Below, piece by piece: positions 1-10,329 of a stretch of 64,000 nucleotides of DNA. This DNA is from Elusimicrobiota bacterium (lineage in GTDB: Bacteria > Elusimicrobiota > Elusimicrobia > UBA1565 > UBA9628). The notes under the pieces were generated by a model. It did not search any database, was not told the DNA's origin, and saw nothing but the letters and a program-made list of their open reading frames with translations. How positions within the stretch are numbered: the first letter of the stretch is position 1; each line of letters begins with the position of its first letter. The stretch covers positions 28,534 to 92,533 of the forward strand of contig DATLUA010000014.1 of the NCBI GenBank assembly GCA_035533295.1. The letters run 5' to 3'. Position numbers and translations under genes: made by a program.

Positions 1-1748
1 CGTTTTCCAAAATCATCGCCGACAAGAAATACGCCGGCCGCTATTTCGGAGTCTATCCTATCAAGGTCAATCAGCTGCGCGAGGTGGTCGAGGAGATTAT
101 CGATGCCGGGCGCGAGTACGGCTACGGGCTGGAGGCCGGCAGCAAGGGCGAGCTGATGGCGGTTCTGGCCATGGGCGACGGCGATGGCCTGACCGTGGTC
201 AACGGCTACAAGGACAAGGCGATGATGCGCTTGGCCGCGCTGGGCAACAAGATAGGCAAAAAAGTGATCGTGGTCATCGAGAAGCCGGCCGAGCTGCCGC
301 TTTTGCTCGATGCCGCGCGGGATTTGGGAGTGCGTCCGCTCATCGGGCTTCGCGCCAAGCTGCAAACTCAGGGCAGCGGGAAGTGGAAGTACTCCACGGG
401 ACACGCCGCGAAATTTGGGCTTACCACGCCGGAAGTTTTGGCCGCGGCCAAGAGCCTCCAAAAAATGGGAATGCTCGACTGCGTCAAGCTGCTGCACTTC
501 CACATCGGCTCGCAGGTGACCGACATCAAGACCATCAAGGACGCCGTGAGGGAGGGCAGCCGCGTCTATGCCAAGCTCAAGAAAATGGGCCTCGGCCTGG
601 AATATCTGGACTGCGGCGGCGGCCTGGGCGTGGATTACGACGGCACGCACAGCTCCGTGGACAGCTCGATGAACTACTCGCTGCGCGAGTACGTCGGCGG
701 CGTCGTGTCGACCATCCAGGAGGTCTGCCTCCAGGAAAAGGTGCCCGAGCCTAATATCGTGACCGAGTCGGGACGCTCCGTGGTCGCGCACCACTCCATG
801 CTCGCGGTCAATGTCTTCGGCTGCATCGAGACGAGCGCGGAATCGGACGAGGAAGATGAGCCCGGGGAGAAAAAGACTCCTGCCGCCGAAATGCGGCGGC
901 TCATCAAGGATTTATCGGAGGATAACCTTCTGCAGAGCTATCATGAGGGCCTTGAGCGGCGCGACGAGGCGTTTAGCCTCTTCAAGCTGGGGTTTTTGGA
1001 GCTCGAGGACAAAGCTCGGGCGGAAACGTTGTTCTGGCGGCTGTGCCTTGAAATAGATCGGCTCGCGCAAAATCTAAAGGATGTCTCGGAGGAGCTCCTC
1101 GAGATGTCGAAGACCGTGCAGGATCAATATCTATGCAATTTTTCCCTGTTCCAATCCCTTCCGGACAGCTGGGCCATCGGCCAGCTTTTTCCCATCGTGC
1201 CTCTGCAGAGGCTCGATGAGCGGCCCACCCGGCACGCGGCCTTGGTCGACATCACCTGCGACTCGGACGGAAAAATTTCCCAATTCGCGTGCCACCGCAA
1301 GGCCGGAGGCGCCTTGCCCCTGCATCCTCTTAAGGATGGAGAGCCCTACTATCTCGGCGTCTTCTTGATGGGCGCCTACCAGGCCACGATGGGAGACATC
1401 CACAACCTCTTCGGCCGCGTCAACGAAGTCCACGTCTTCCAGGACAAGACGGCCCCAGAGGGCTACTATTTGGAGGAGATCATCCGCGGCCAAACGGTGC
1501 GCGAGGTGCTTTCCGACACCCAATACAGCGACTTCGAGCTAATTCAGCGCATCAAATCCGCCGTTGACGCCAAGGTGAAGGCGGGCGACATCAAGCCGCG
1601 GGAAGGGGCCGACCTGTTGAACCAATACCAGGAACTCATGGACGAGTACACCTACATCGAATCAACGGAGCCCGCGACGGCATCCGCCGAGGCGACGCTG
1701 CGGACGGCGGAAGCCCCAAAAGCTGTGGCTAGCCCCGGCAGCGTCTAG
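1..1748 (+). CDS. speA: biosynthetic arginine decarboxylase (5' partial, ORF open to window start in frame 3)
   Basis: Frame is open from nt 3 (FSKIIADKKYAGRYFGVYPIKVNQLREVVEE...) and continues to a TAG at 1746-1748. The length (over 580 aa seen) and motifs (HFHIGSQ, LDCGGGLGVDYDG) fit the PLP-dependent SpeA family. Confidence 0.85.
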   Translation, partial: FSKIIADKKYAGRYFGVYPIKVNQLREVVEEIIDAGREYGYGLEAGSKGELMAVLAMGDGDGLTVVNGYKDKAMMRLAALGNKIGKKVIVVIEKPAELPLLLDAARDLGVRPLIGLRAKLQTQGSGKWKYSTGHAAKFGLTTPEVLAAAKSLQKMGMLDCVKLLHFHIGSQVTDIKTIKDAVREGSRVYAKLKKMGLGLEYLDCGGGLGVDYDGTHSSVDSSMNYSLREYVGGVVSTIQEVCLQEKVPEPNIVTESGRSVVAHHSMLAVNVFGCIETSAESDEEDEPGEKKTPAAEMRRLIKDLSEDNLLQSYHEGLERRDEAFSLFKLGFLELEDKARAETLFWRLCLEIDRLAQNLKDVSEELLEMSKTVQDQYLCNFSLFQSLPDSWAIGQLFPIVPLQRLDERPTRHAALVDITCDSDGKISQFACHRKAGGALPLHPLKDGEPYYLGVFLMGAYQATMGDIHNLFGRVNEVHVFQDKTAPEGYYLEEIIRGQTVREVLSDTQYSDFELIQRIKSAVDAKVKAGDIKPREGADLLNQYQELMDEYTYIESTEPATASAEATLRTAEAPKAVASPGSV

Positions 1749-1749
1749 G

Positions 1750-2748
1750 CTAGTTTGCGGGCCGCGCTTGGGCGCGCCGAATTGAGGCGGTCAGGGCGCG
1801 GCTCAGGCCGGGAAACTCCTCCAGATTTTGAAGGGCGTACCCGCGAACATAGGCGTCCTTGTCCCGTAGCGCCATCTTGAAGATTTCGGCGACCAACTTG
1901 GGATGGGTCGCTAGAAACGCCTTGGCGAAAAGATCCATGTGCCAGGCGGCGTAGCGGCGCACATCGACGTCCCTCTTTCTTAGAGCGGTGCGGTAGAGCG
2001 CGGCGATTTCCTTTGGGTGGCGACGCATGGCCTTGATTCGCGCGATTTGACCCAGCGCCATCGCGGTATATTCGGCGGTGATGTGGTTGGCCGCGCGCAG
2101 GCCTTGACGGGCCAATTCAAGAGCTATCTTGGGATGCTTGGCTTCGCTGAGTATCCTGGCCACGCTGTCGGCGTTTACGCCGACGTTGATTCCGTCCTTG
2201 TCCTTCTGTATCTCTGTTTGCAGCGCGGCGCTCCCGTCGTCGTCCCCGTAAAACGCATTGAGTTCCCGGGCGCGGTTTCCGGCTCCGGATTTTCGCATTT
2301 CCTGGGCGAGGCGGGCGACCCTCTCCAGCGCGGGCCGGGCCCCTTTTTTGTCCGCATGAATCAAGGCCTGCTTGGCCGTCACCACGGAAGAGGGCGCGGT
2401 TTTTTTCATCGGAACGAATGCGTTGGAAGAAGAATTCGCGGCGCCTTCCAAAGGGGCGGGCGATAGGCCGGACGCTGAAAGAGGCAGCAAGGCCTCGCTT
2501 TGGGCGAAATCCTCGCTCATGGCGGCGGCGGAAAGCCCCGCGGCGATTTGCCCGCCGAGGGCCATCCTGTTTATGTCCGCGCCGGCCAAGGCGTCGGAGG
2601 CGGGCGATTCCACGGCCGAGAAATTCGCGGCGGCGTCCACGGACTCCACGGGCGCCGCAAAAATCGGCGGAATCCCCGCGAGCAGCAGCGCAGCCGTCCC
2701 GGCCGCCGCCGTTTTAAAAATGAAAGGAACATTGGTTTTCATTATCAC
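1750..2748 (-). CDS. secreted HEAT-repeat protein (hypothetical)
   Basis: The N-terminus looks like a signal peptide (MIMKTNVPFIFKTAAAGTAALLLAGIPPIFAAP). The C-terminal half has repeated ~30-aa helical units ending in a basic residue plus D/Y-VR (RKRDVDVRRYAAWHM, LRDKDAYVRGYALQNL), typical of HEAT/PBS lyase repeats. Confidence 0.6.
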   Translation of the reverse strand: MIMKTNVPFIFKTAAAGTAALLLAGIPPIFAAPVESVDAAANFSAVESPASDALAGADINRMALGGQIAAGLSAAAMSEDFAQSEALLPLSASGLSPAPLEGAANSSSNAFVPMKKTAPSSVVTAKQALIHADKKGARPALERVARLAQEMRKSGAGNRARELNAFYGDDDGSAALQTEIQKDKDGINVGVNADSVARILSEAKHPKIALELARQGLRAANHITAEYTAMALGQIARIKAMRRHPKEIAALYRTALRKRDVDVRRYAAWHMDLFAKAFLATHPKLVAEIFKMALRDKDAYVRGYALQNLEEFPGLSRALTASIRRAQARPAN

Positions 2749-2871
2749 GCCTCCGAATAGGTTTATTTTAACGCACCCGGCGGCCGGGCGCGTGAGGCTT
2801 TGGGGCGCGGTTTGCGCCGCATAAGGCCCAGGCGTTTTTAGGACTTTCGGGCCCGTGGGAAGAGCGGAACG

Positions 2872-3768
2872 CTAATATCCGAATTCGTTGAGGGAGCGCG
2901 GATCTTTCCGCCAGTTCTTGCGCACCTTGACCCAGATTTCCAAATTGACGGGCCGGCCCAGGAATCGCTCAACGGCCATTCGGGATTTCTTTTGAAGCTC
3001 GCGCAGCGCGGACCCTTTGGCGCCGATGATGATGCCCTTTTGCCCCTCTTTTTCCACGTAGAGGACGGCCCGGATGGCGTCTTTCGCGCCGACTTTTTCC
3101 TTGAACTCCTCAATGACTACGGCGGTGGCGTGGGGAACTTCTTCGCGGTAAAGGGCGAAGACCTGCTCGCGGATGAACTCGGCCGCGAAAAAGCGCTCCC
3201 AGCGATCGGACATCTGCCCGGGATCGTAAAGCGGGGGAGATTGCGGGAGCCGCGAGACGATCTCCTTTATAAGCTCGGGAATTCCGTTTCCCGTTAAAGC
3301 GGACACGCGCAGAACGGCGGCGGGCTTAAGGGCCGTCCGGTAGGATTGCAGCGCCGCTTCCCGAACCTCGTTTGAAATGGGAAGGTCAATCTTGTTGAAG
3401 GCCAGCAAAGCCGGGATTTCAGGGCGGCGTAGAAGCGCGAGTTCCTCCATAGGACCCGCCGCCGGCGCCTGCGGATCCACCACAATGAGGGCGAGGTCCG
3501 CGTCCTCGCGCGCCGAGGATTCGGATTGCCGGCGCAGGGATTTTTGAAGCGGATTCTTGGGCTTGGCGATGAGGCCGGGGGTGTCCAAGAACGCGATTTG
3601 GTAATAGGGGCCGTTCAAGAGCCCCAAGATTTTGTGGCGCGTGGTTTGGGGCTTGGCCGAAACGATGGACAGCTTGGTCCCCAGGAGCGCGTTCAAGAGC
3701 GTCGATTTGCCGGCATTGGGCAGGCCCAAAATCGAGACGAATCCCGATTTGAAGGGAGGATTCTCCAC
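2872..3768 (-). CDS. era: GTPase Era
   Basis: G1 motif GLPNAGKSTLLN, DTPG G3 motif, NKID G4 motif and a C-terminal KH domain, over ~298 aa. Confidence 0.92.
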   Translation of the reverse strand: MENPPFKSGFVSILGLPNAGKSTLLNALLGTKLSIVSAKPQTTRHKILGLLNGPYYQIAFLDTPGLIAKPKNPLQKSLRRQSESSAREDADLALIVVDPQAPAAGPMEELALLRRPEIPALLAFNKIDLPISNEVREAALQSYRTALKPAAVLRVSALTGNGIPELIKEIVSRLPQSPPLYDPGQMSDRWERFFAAEFIREQVFALYREEVPHATAVVIEEFKEKVGAKDAIRAVLYVEKEGQKGIIIGAKGSALRELQKKSRMAVERFLGRPVNLEIWVKVRKNWRKDPRSLNEFGY

Positions 3769-3862
3769 GCGGCGATTTTAACAAATGCGCGTTGGCCGCG
3801 GGCGCTTGTCCGCCTCCTACGCGAAAAGGTAGCATTGGTAAGACCTTTCGGAGGGCAGAAGA

Positions 3863-4144
3863 ATGAAGCTATTCCTGGCGCACTGCGGTTTTTACGACCA
3901 AGCTTTAGCCGAGGGTGGGCGCAATATTTTTGAAAGCCACCACAATTTCTATGTCGCCGCCTCCGATGCCGCCGTGGCCAAGGCTCAGGTGAAGGAGAAG
4001 CCGCTTTTCAAGGACAAGAAGATGCACGTGGACGGCCTCCATGAAATTTCAGCCGTGGACGGCTACCGCGTCGTCCTGGAGCCCGCCGCGGCGGGCTCGG
4101 AAGGCGTGCGCTCGGTCGGCTACGACGAGGCCAAGTCGCTTTGA
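3863..4144 (+). CDS. small DUF1543-like protein
   Basis: 93-aa ORF beginning MKLF with the pattern H-x-D-x-x-H-E...DGYRVVL. This resembles the DUF1543 family as I recall it. It is divergent from era across a 94-nt gap. Confidence 0.5.
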   Translation: MKLFLAHCGFYDQALAEGGRNIFESHHNFYVAASDAAVAKAQVKEKPLFKDKKMHVDGLHEISAVDGYRVVLEPAAAGSEGVRSVGYDEAKSL

Positions 4145-4170
4145 TTCGTTTCTAGGGAGGTAAAACCCTT

Positions 4171-4923
4171 ATGCCCATGCTGGCTCCTCTGGTCGTTCTC
4201 GTCGGTCTCATCGCCGTTTCTGTCAAAATCATCGCGGAGTATGATCGCCTGGTCATTTTTGTCTTGGGACGCATCTGGAAAGTCGGCGGGCCCGGGCCCT
4301 GCATCGTCGTCCCGGTCATCATGAGCGCGCAAAGGGTGAGCATGAGGACGTTGGTGCTCGAAGTTCCGCCGCAAGACATCATCACGCGCGACAACGTTTC
4401 CGTCAAGGTCAACGCCGTGGTTTATTTCAGGGTCATCGACGCCGAGAAGGCCGTGCTCCAAGTCGAGAATTACGCTTATGCGACCAGCCAAATCGCGCAG
4501 ACGACGCTGCGCAGCGTCCTGGGAAAGATGGAATTGGACGACCTGCTGGCCAATCGGGACAAAATAAACATGGAGCTGCAGCAGATTCTGGATTCCCACA
4601 CCGAGCCCTGGGGCGTCAAGGTCTCCAACGTCGAGGTGAAAAACGTGGACATTCCTGCGGACATGCAGGGGGCCATCGCGGCCCAGGCCGAGGCCGAGCG
4701 CGAGCGCCGCGCCAAGATTATTCATGCCGAGGGCGAGCTTCAGGCCTCGGAGAAGCTGGGTCAGGCCGCCGCGATTTTATCCGCCAACCCGGCCTCCATT
4801 CAATTGCGCTACCTGCAGACGCTGTCCGAGATTTCCACCGATAAGAACACCATCACCGTCTTCCCGGTGCCCGTGGACATCCTCTCCTCGTTCATGGACT
4901 TCGTGAAGACGAAGAAAGGCTAG
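4171..4923 (+). CDS. SPFH/band-7 (stomatin-like) membrane protein
   Basis: N-terminal TM helix followed by a band-7 core ([43 protein letters not shown]) and a coiled-coil [14 protein letters not shown] tail. There is an RBS (GGGAGG) 9 nt upstream. Confidence 0.85.
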   Translation: MPMLAPLVVLVGLIAVSVKIIAEYDRLVIFVLGRIWKVGGPGPCIVVPVIMSAQRVSMRTLVLEVPPQDIITRDNVSVKVNAVVYFRVIDAEKAVLQVENYAYATSQIAQTTLRSVLGKMELDDLLANRDKINMELQQILDSHTEPWGVKVSNVEVKNVDIPADMQGAIAAQAEAERERRAKIIHAEGELQASEKLGQAAAILSANPASIQLRYLQTLSEISTDKNTITVFPVPVDILSSFMDFVKTKKG

Positions 4924-4936
4924 GAGGCGCCGCGTC

Positions 4937-6049
4937 GTGCCGCCGAAGCTGGGGCTTTACGTTCATATCCCTTTCTGCTCGGTCAAGTGCTTCTACTGCG
5001 ACTTCGCGTCTTTCGCCGGACGCAAGGACGTGGCCGCCCGCTATTTGAGCGCGCTTAAGGCCGAGGCGGCCCTGCTGGGACGGCGAAAACCCGAGACGCT
5101 CTATATCGGCGGCGGCACGCCGTCGGAGCTGGACGCCGGCGAGATCGAGCGCCTCTTCTCATTGATTTACGAGGCTTATCCGCGGTCGCGCTTCATCGAA
5201 ACTACGTTTGAGGCCAATCCGGAGAGCTTGAGCGCTGAGAAACTGGAAGTTTTAAATCGTTGGGGGGTCTCCCGCCTAAGTCTGGGCTTGCAGACCACCG
5301 ACGCAGCCCTGCTCAAATCCATCGGGCGCCGCCATTCGCGGGAGGATTTCTTTTCGGTTTTCCGCTTGGCGCGGGAGATGGGGGATTGGGCCGTTTCCGT
5401 CGATTTGATGTACGGTCTGCCGGGCCAGGGCGCGGCGTCCCACCGCAAAAGCCTTGAGGAAGTGCTGGCCCTGGAGCCGGAGCATCTCTCGCTTTACGGC
5501 CTGCACGTCGAGGACAAGACGGTTTTCGGCCGCAAGGGGTTCGAGACGGACGAGGACGCCGGGCGCGAGATGTACGAGACGAGCCTGGAGCTTATCGATA
5601 AGGCGGGGCTTGTCCGCTACGAGCTTTCCAATTTCGCCCGGCCGGGATTCGAATCGCTCCACAACGCCATTTATTGGCGGGACGGCGAATACATCGGCTT
5701 GGGCTGCGGCGCCGCTGCTCATTTAGACGGAGTGCGCAGCGCGAACGCTCCGGCGCTTATCCCTTACTGCGTGAAGGTCGAAGGCGGGGTTCGGCCCATC
5801 GTCGAACAGGAGCGGCTCTCCGGCAAGGAGAAATTGGGGGAAAAAATTCTCCTTGGCTTGCGCTTGGCCGAGGGCATCGATTTGGAAGGACCCGAGGAGC
5901 GGGAGTTCGCCGGGGAGTGGAGCGAACTGGAGGATTTGCGTTTGGTGGAGCGCGCCAATTCCCGCGTGCGGCTGTCCCGCGAAGGCGTGTTTCTGGCCAA
6001 CGAGGTGTTCTGCCGCTTCGTGGCGCCCTTCGCCGAAAGCGCCCGGTGA
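4937..6049 (+). CDS. hemW: radical SAM heme chaperone HemW (coproporphyrinogen-III oxidase-like)
   Basis: The sequence LYVHIPFCSVKCFYCDF carries the CxxxCxxC motif. GGGTPS is present, and there is a HemN C-terminal-like tail. Length is 370 aa. Confidence 0.85.
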   Translation: MPPKLGLYVHIPFCSVKCFYCDFASFAGRKDVAARYLSALKAEAALLGRRKPETLYIGGGTPSELDAGEIERLFSLIYEAYPRSRFIETTFEANPESLSAEKLEVLNRWGVSRLSLGLQTTDAALLKSIGRRHSREDFFSVFRLAREMGDWAVSVDLMYGLPGQGAASHRKSLEEVLALEPEHLSLYGLHVEDKTVFGRKGFETDEDAGREMYETSLELIDKAGLVRYELSNFARPGFESLHNAIYWRDGEYIGLGCGAAAHLDGVRSANAPALIPYCVKVEGGVRPIVEQERLSGKEKLGEKILLGLRLAEGIDLEGPEEREFAGEWSELEDLRLVERANSRVRLSREGVFLANEVFCRFVAPFAESAR

Positions 6050-6053
6050 ATTT

Positions 6054-6461
6054 ATGAGTGAAAATAATCAAGGCGGAATGCGGCAAAAGAAAGTCCTCAT
6101 CATCGACGACGATGATATGCTCCGGGCGACGCTCAAGATCGCCCTGAGCTACGTGAATTTCGACGCGATCGACTCCGGCGAGGCGACGGAGGCTTTCGGC
6201 CTGGCGTCCTCCGCCAAGCCGGACGTCATCCTGCTCGACCTTTACATGCCCGGCATCAACGGCATCGAAATCCTAAAGAAGCTCAAGGCGGAGAAGGACA
6301 CCGTGCGCATCCCCGTGGTCATCTTCACGGGCTCGGGAGAGGTCAAGGACGTGGTGGAGGGCATCAACGCGGGCGCTTTCGACTACATCGTCAAACCCGT
6401 AGACTCCAAGCTGCTGGTGGAGAAAATCCGCAAGGCGCTCAAGGTGAATCCTCGGCCATGA
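6054..6461 (+). CDS. single-domain response regulator (CheY-like receiver)
   Basis: LIIDDDDM acidic pocket, phospho-acceptor Asp in VILLDLYMPGINGIE, conserved T (FTGSG) and K (YIVKP). The long 5853 ORF is trimmed to the ATG at 6054, which lies 4 nt after the hemW stop. The stop overlaps the valS start (ATGA at 6458). Confidence 0.8.
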   Translation: MSENNQGGMRQKKVLIIDDDDMLRATLKIALSYVNFDAIDSGEATEAFGLASSAKPDVILLDLYMPGINGIEILKKLKAEKDTVRIPVVIFTGSGEVKDVVEGINAGAFDYIVKPVDSKLLVEKIRKALKVNPRP

Positions 6462-9172
6462 GCCTCGACAAGGCCTACGCGCCCAAGCCCGTCGAGGAGC
6501 GGTGGATTTCGGCCTGGAAAACGGCCGGACTTTTTTCGCCCAAGCCGCAGCCCGGCGCCGGGCCGAAGTTCGTGGTCGTGATTCCGCCGCCCAACGTGAC
6601 GGGCGCCCTGCATTTGGGCCACGCGCTCAACAACACGCTCCAAGATGTCTTGGTCCGCTGGCGGCGGATGTCCGGCGATCAGACGTGCTGGGTCCCGGGA
6701 ACGGACCACGGCGGCATCGCGACGCAGAACGTCATGGAAAAACAGCTCAAGGCCGAGAATTTGTCCCGGCACGACCTGGGCCGCGATAAATTTTTGGAGC
6801 GCATGCGGGACTGGACGCGGGAGTGCAAGAAAACCATCCTGGGCCAGCTGGAGAAGCTGGGCTGCGCGCTCGATTTTTCCCGCGAAGCCTTCACCATGGA
6901 CGAGGCCCGGGGACGCTCGGTGCGCGCGGCCTTCAAAGTCCTGTGGGACAAGGGCCTGATTTACCGCGGGCTCCGGATGGTCAACTGGTGCGTGCGCTGC
7001 GGCACGGCGCTTTCCGACATCGAGGTCGAGTACGAGGAGAGAAAGGGGCGCCTGTGGCACATCCATTATCCCTTGGCCGACAATTCGGAGGGCGTGATGG
7101 TGGCGACCACGCGGCCGGAGACGCTTTTGGGCGATACGGCCGTGGCGGTCAACCCCAAGGACGCGCGCTACGCGCATCTTATCGGCAAGAAGCTGAGGCT
7201 TCCCCTGTTGGGGCGGGAAATCCCGGTTGTGGCCGACGAGGTCGTCGACATGGAGTTCGGGACGGGCGCGGTCAAGGTCACGCCGGCCCACGATCCGGCG
7301 GACTTCGAGATCGGCGAACGGCATTCGCTGCCGTCCATCACGGTCATTTCCCTCGACGGACACATAGCGGCCGAGGGCGGACTCTACGCGGGCTTGTCCC
7401 GCGAGCAGGCGCGGCAGAAAATCGTCGAGGACTTGAAGGCCTCGGCCCTGTTGCGCAAGGAGGAGGACTACCGGCACTCGGTCGGGGTATGCTACCGGTG
7501 CGCGAGCCCCATCGAGCCCTTGGTGTCCCCGCAGTGGTTCGTAAGCATGAAGGATCTCGCCCGCCCGGCCTTGGAGGCGCTGGATGGCGGAAGCTTCGCC
7601 ATTCGCCCTGAGAATTGGGCCAAGCCCTACCGGGACTGGCTTTCCGGCATCAAGGATTGGTGCGTCTCCCGGCAGATTTGGTGGGGGCACCGCATCCCGG
7701 TCTGGTACTGCCTGGACTGCAATGATTTGTCGAGCCGACCCTTCCATCAAGCCGGGGATTTAAAAGGCGTGGTTTCTGATGAAAAGCCCGCGGCCTGCCC
7801 TTACTGCCGGTCCCAAGAAGGGAATTTCATGCAGGACCCCGACGTCCTGGACACTTGGTTTTCCTCATCGCTGTGGCCCATGTCCGTGTTCGGCTGGCCG
7901 GAGAAGACGCGCGATTTTGAAGCGTATTATCCGACCTCGGTCCTGGTGACCGGCTATGAAATCATCTACCTGTGGGTCGCGCGGATGCAGATGATGGGGC
8001 TGGAGTTCACCGGCCGGCCGCCGTTTTCCACGGCCGTCATCCACGGCATCGTGCGCGACAAAAGCGGCCGCAAGATGTCCAAGTCGCTTGGGAACGTGGT
8101 CGATCCCCTGGTGCTCATGGATAAGTTCGGAACCGACGCGCTGCGCTTCTCCCTGATGCGCGACGCGCGCCTGGGCAAGGATATCCATTTCTCGGAAGAG
8201 ACGGTGGCCGGGTCGCGCAATTTCGTCAACAAGATATGGAACACGGCGCGCTTCGCGCTCATGAATCTGCCGGAAACTCCCGGCCGGGCGTACTCCTTGG
8301 ATGAGTCGGACCCGCAGGCTCCTTTGGAGCTCGCCGACCGGTGGATTTTATCCCGCTACGAAGCGCTTTCCGAGGAAGTCGCGGCCAGAATGGGCGCTTT
8401 CGAGGTGGCCGAGGCAGCCGAGTCCATTTACGGATTTCTATGGGACGAGTTCTGCGACTGGTACGTGGAGCTCGCCAAAATAAGGCTGAGCGGCGCCGAT
8501 GAAAAAGCCAAGGACGCCTGCCGCTCGATTCTGGTGCATGTCCTCTCCGGAACGCTTAAAATGCTCCACCCTTTCATGCCCTTCATCACCGAGGAGCTCT
8601 ATGCCCAGTTGAAGCCCTACGCCGGAGAGCGCGCCGATTTTCTGCTTGCGGCCGGATTTTCCAAGGCCGCGCCTCGGTGGCGCGACGCCGCGGCGGAGGA
8701 GAGGATGTCCGCCGTCATGGAGATCACGGGTTCCATCCGGGCTCTGCGCGCCCAGTTGAACGTTCCGCCGGGCCTCAAAATACGGGCGGTCGCCATCGGA
8801 GGCAATCCGGAAACCAGGGCCTTGGCCCAGGAGCGGACCGATTATATCCAAGTCTTGGCCCGACTCGGGGAGGTGGAATTCTCCCCGGTCCAGGAAAGCC
8901 GCCAACCGCAAAGCGCCACGGCGCTCGCCCGGGGCATGACGTTCTTGATTCCCTTGGCCGGCGTCATCGACTTCGCCAAGGAGCGCGCGCGGCTGGAAAA
9001 GGAACTGGCCAAGGCCGACTCGGACGTGAAAAAAATCGCGGCGAAAGCCGAGAATCCAGATTTTTTGAAGCACGCTCGGGCCGAGGAGGTCGAAACGGCG
9101 CGCGCCCAGTACCGGGCGGCCCTGGAGCGAAAGTCCCGCCTCGAGGAAACTCTTTCCTCGGTTTTGAACTAG
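6458..9172 (+). CDS. valS: valine--tRNA ligase
   Basis: HIGH motif (PPPNVTGALHLGHA), KMSKS motif (RKMSKSLGN), editing domain and a C-terminal coiled coil, over 904 aa. Confidence 0.95.
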   Translation: MSLDKAYAPKPVEERWISAWKTAGLFSPKPQPGAGPKFVVVIPPPNVTGALHLGHALNNTLQDVLVRWRRMSGDQTCWVPGTDHGGIATQNVMEKQLKAENLSRHDLGRDKFLERMRDWTRECKKTILGQLEKLGCALDFSREAFTMDEARGRSVRAAFKVLWDKGLIYRGLRMVNWCVRCGTALSDIEVEYEERKGRLWHIHYPLADNSEGVMVATTRPETLLGDTAVAVNPKDARYAHLIGKKLRLPLLGREIPVVADEVVDMEFGTGAVKVTPAHDPADFEIGERHSLPSITVISLDGHIAAEGGLYAGLSREQARQKIVEDLKASALLRKEEDYRHSVGVCYRCASPIEPLVSPQWFVSMKDLARPALEALDGGSFAIRPENWAKPYRDWLSGIKDWCVSRQIWWGHRIPVWYCLDCNDLSSRPFHQAGDLKGVVSDEKPAACPYCRSQEGNFMQDPDVLDTWFSSSLWPMSVFGWPEKTRDFEAYYPTSVLVTGYEIIYLWVARMQMMGLEFTGRPPFSTAVIHGIVRDKSGRKMSKSLGNVVDPLVLMDKFGTDALRFSLMRDARLGKDIHFSEETVAGSRNFVNKIWNTARFALMNLPETPGRAYSLDESDPQAPLELADRWILSRYEALSEEVAARMGAFEVAEAAESIYGFLWDEFCDWYVELAKIRLSGADEKAKDACRSILVHVLSGTLKMLHPFMPFITEELYAQLKPYAGERADFLLAAGFSKAAPRWRDAAAEERMSAVMEITGSIRALRAQLNVPPGLKIRAVAIGGNPETRALAQERTDYIQVLARLGEVEFSPVQESRQPQSATALARGMTFLIPLAGVIDFAKERARLEKELAKADSDVKKIAAKAENPDFLKHARAEEVETARAQYRAALERKSRLEETLSSVLN

Positions 9173-9200
9173 GCCGGAACGTTTCAGGCCCGGCGCGGGA

Positions 9201-10118
9201 TTACGGAACGGGGTAGTAAATCTGCAGGTTGCCGACGTAATCTATGCGTAACCCGAGAGTGAGGCCGGTTTGGTTCCCATTCTCATCCGATGTTTCTTCC
9301 TGCGGGGTCGAGACCAGGACCTGCGGCGTGCCGTGCGGAATTTTGCTCTCGAAAAACTGAAATCCCTTGGCGCTGTCGCCGTCCTTATAAAGGAAGACGA
9401 TGGAGCGATCTCCGGTATAGCCCCCGAAATCGCCAGCGGCATTTTGGGTGAAGTCGCGATTGTAGAAGACCCGATAATTGCGGCCCGCGATACGAACTGG
9501 ATAGCCGACTTGGTAGGCATTGCTGATCAGTTGGGCGATGGTGAAGACCGTGCGCGGCCCGCGCTTGGGCGCTATGATGAGCGTGCTTTGCATCGGGGAA
9601 AGTATTTTGGCTTGGACATAGACGCTGTAGGGTTGGCCATTGATCCAGGGATGGAGGGTCCCGGACCAGAAAGGCCAATGGTGAATCATCTCCTTGCCGC
9701 GCGCCAGAATCGGGTTGACGGCGTTTTCCGGCCAGAACCCGAGAAACCAGGAGTTCTGCAGGCTCTTGATTCCAAAAACATGCACGGGGACGCCGCCGGA
9801 CATGAACACGGTGTCGGTCCGCCGGATGGCGTCGAGGAGCCCCGGCAGTGGAACCTCGGCGAGGGGTTTGCCAACTGAGCGCACGGGAAGGTGATCCGGC
9901 CCCGCGGAAGGCATTGCGGCGAGCCCTTGCCTGAGGCGGTTGATATGGATGAAGTTCCCGGAAACTCCGGCCGCGGCCTGCAGGGCTTGCAGCGCGGAAA
10001 AATCCTGGGTTTGCGCCGATGCCGCCAGCGGAAGGCCGGCGCCGATTAAAAAGCTCAACAACAAGCCGCGCGAAATCCGCATAAGGCCATTATGGCTCAT
10101 CCTGGCTCGTGCGCGCAT
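9201..10118 (-). CDS. secreted hypothetical protein
   Basis: Signal peptide MRISRGLLLSFLIGAGLPLAASAQ. The start is ambiguous among M1, M7 and M13 (10118, 10100 or 10082). No recognisable domain. The gene is convergent with valS. Confidence 0.6.
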   Translation of the reverse strand: MRARARMSHNGLMRISRGLLLSFLIGAGLPLAASAQTQDFSALQALQAAAGVSGNFIHINRLRQGLAAMPSAGPDHLPVRSVGKPLAEVPLPGLLDAIRRTDTVFMSGGVPVHVFGIKSLQNSWFLGFWPENAVNPILARGKEMIHHWPFWSGTLHPWINGQPYSVYVQAKILSPMQSTLIIAPKRGPRTVFTIAQLISNAYQVGYPVRIAGRNYRVFYNRDFTQNAAGDFGGYTGDRSIVFLYKDGDSAKGFQFFESKIPHGTPQVLVSTPQEETSDENGNQTGLTLGLRIDYVGNLQIYYPVP

Positions 10119-10195
10119 GGGCCGTCGGGGCCGCGATGGGAGGCCCGAAGGTCCCAGGAGGCAGCGATATTTTCAAGTCCGAAGGGTCAGGGCGG

Positions 10196-10269
10196 AGGTG
10201 CGAACGGGATTCGAACCCGTGAATAACGGTTTTGCAGACCGTCCCCTTGGACCACTTGGGTATCGCACC
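10196..10269 (-). tRNA. tRNA-Cys (anticodon GCA)
   Basis: The reverse complement folds as GGTGCGA/TCGCACC acceptor stem, D-arm CCCA AGTGGTCCAA GGGG, anticodon loop CUGCAAA and T-loop GGTTCGAATCC. The discriminator is U. No CCA is encoded. Confidence 0.85.
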
Positions 10270-10329
10270 GAAAGCGGGTAGAGACGGCGCATAGTTTACA
10301 ATTTTTTATGCGGATCGAGGGGCGGCGGA

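Noticed and set aside
6383-7750. 455-aa minus-strand ORF antisense to valS
   Set aside because: It lies entirely within valS, which has unambiguous HIGH and KMSKS motifs. Long antisense ORFs are expected at this GC content. Its translation is low-complexity and Arg/Pro/Gly-rich.
9173-9200. Possible bidirectional terminator between convergent valS and the 9201 gene (CCCGGCGCGGG palindrome)
   Set aside because: The stem is only ~4 bp with a GC loop and there is no flanking U/A tract. This is too weak to call.
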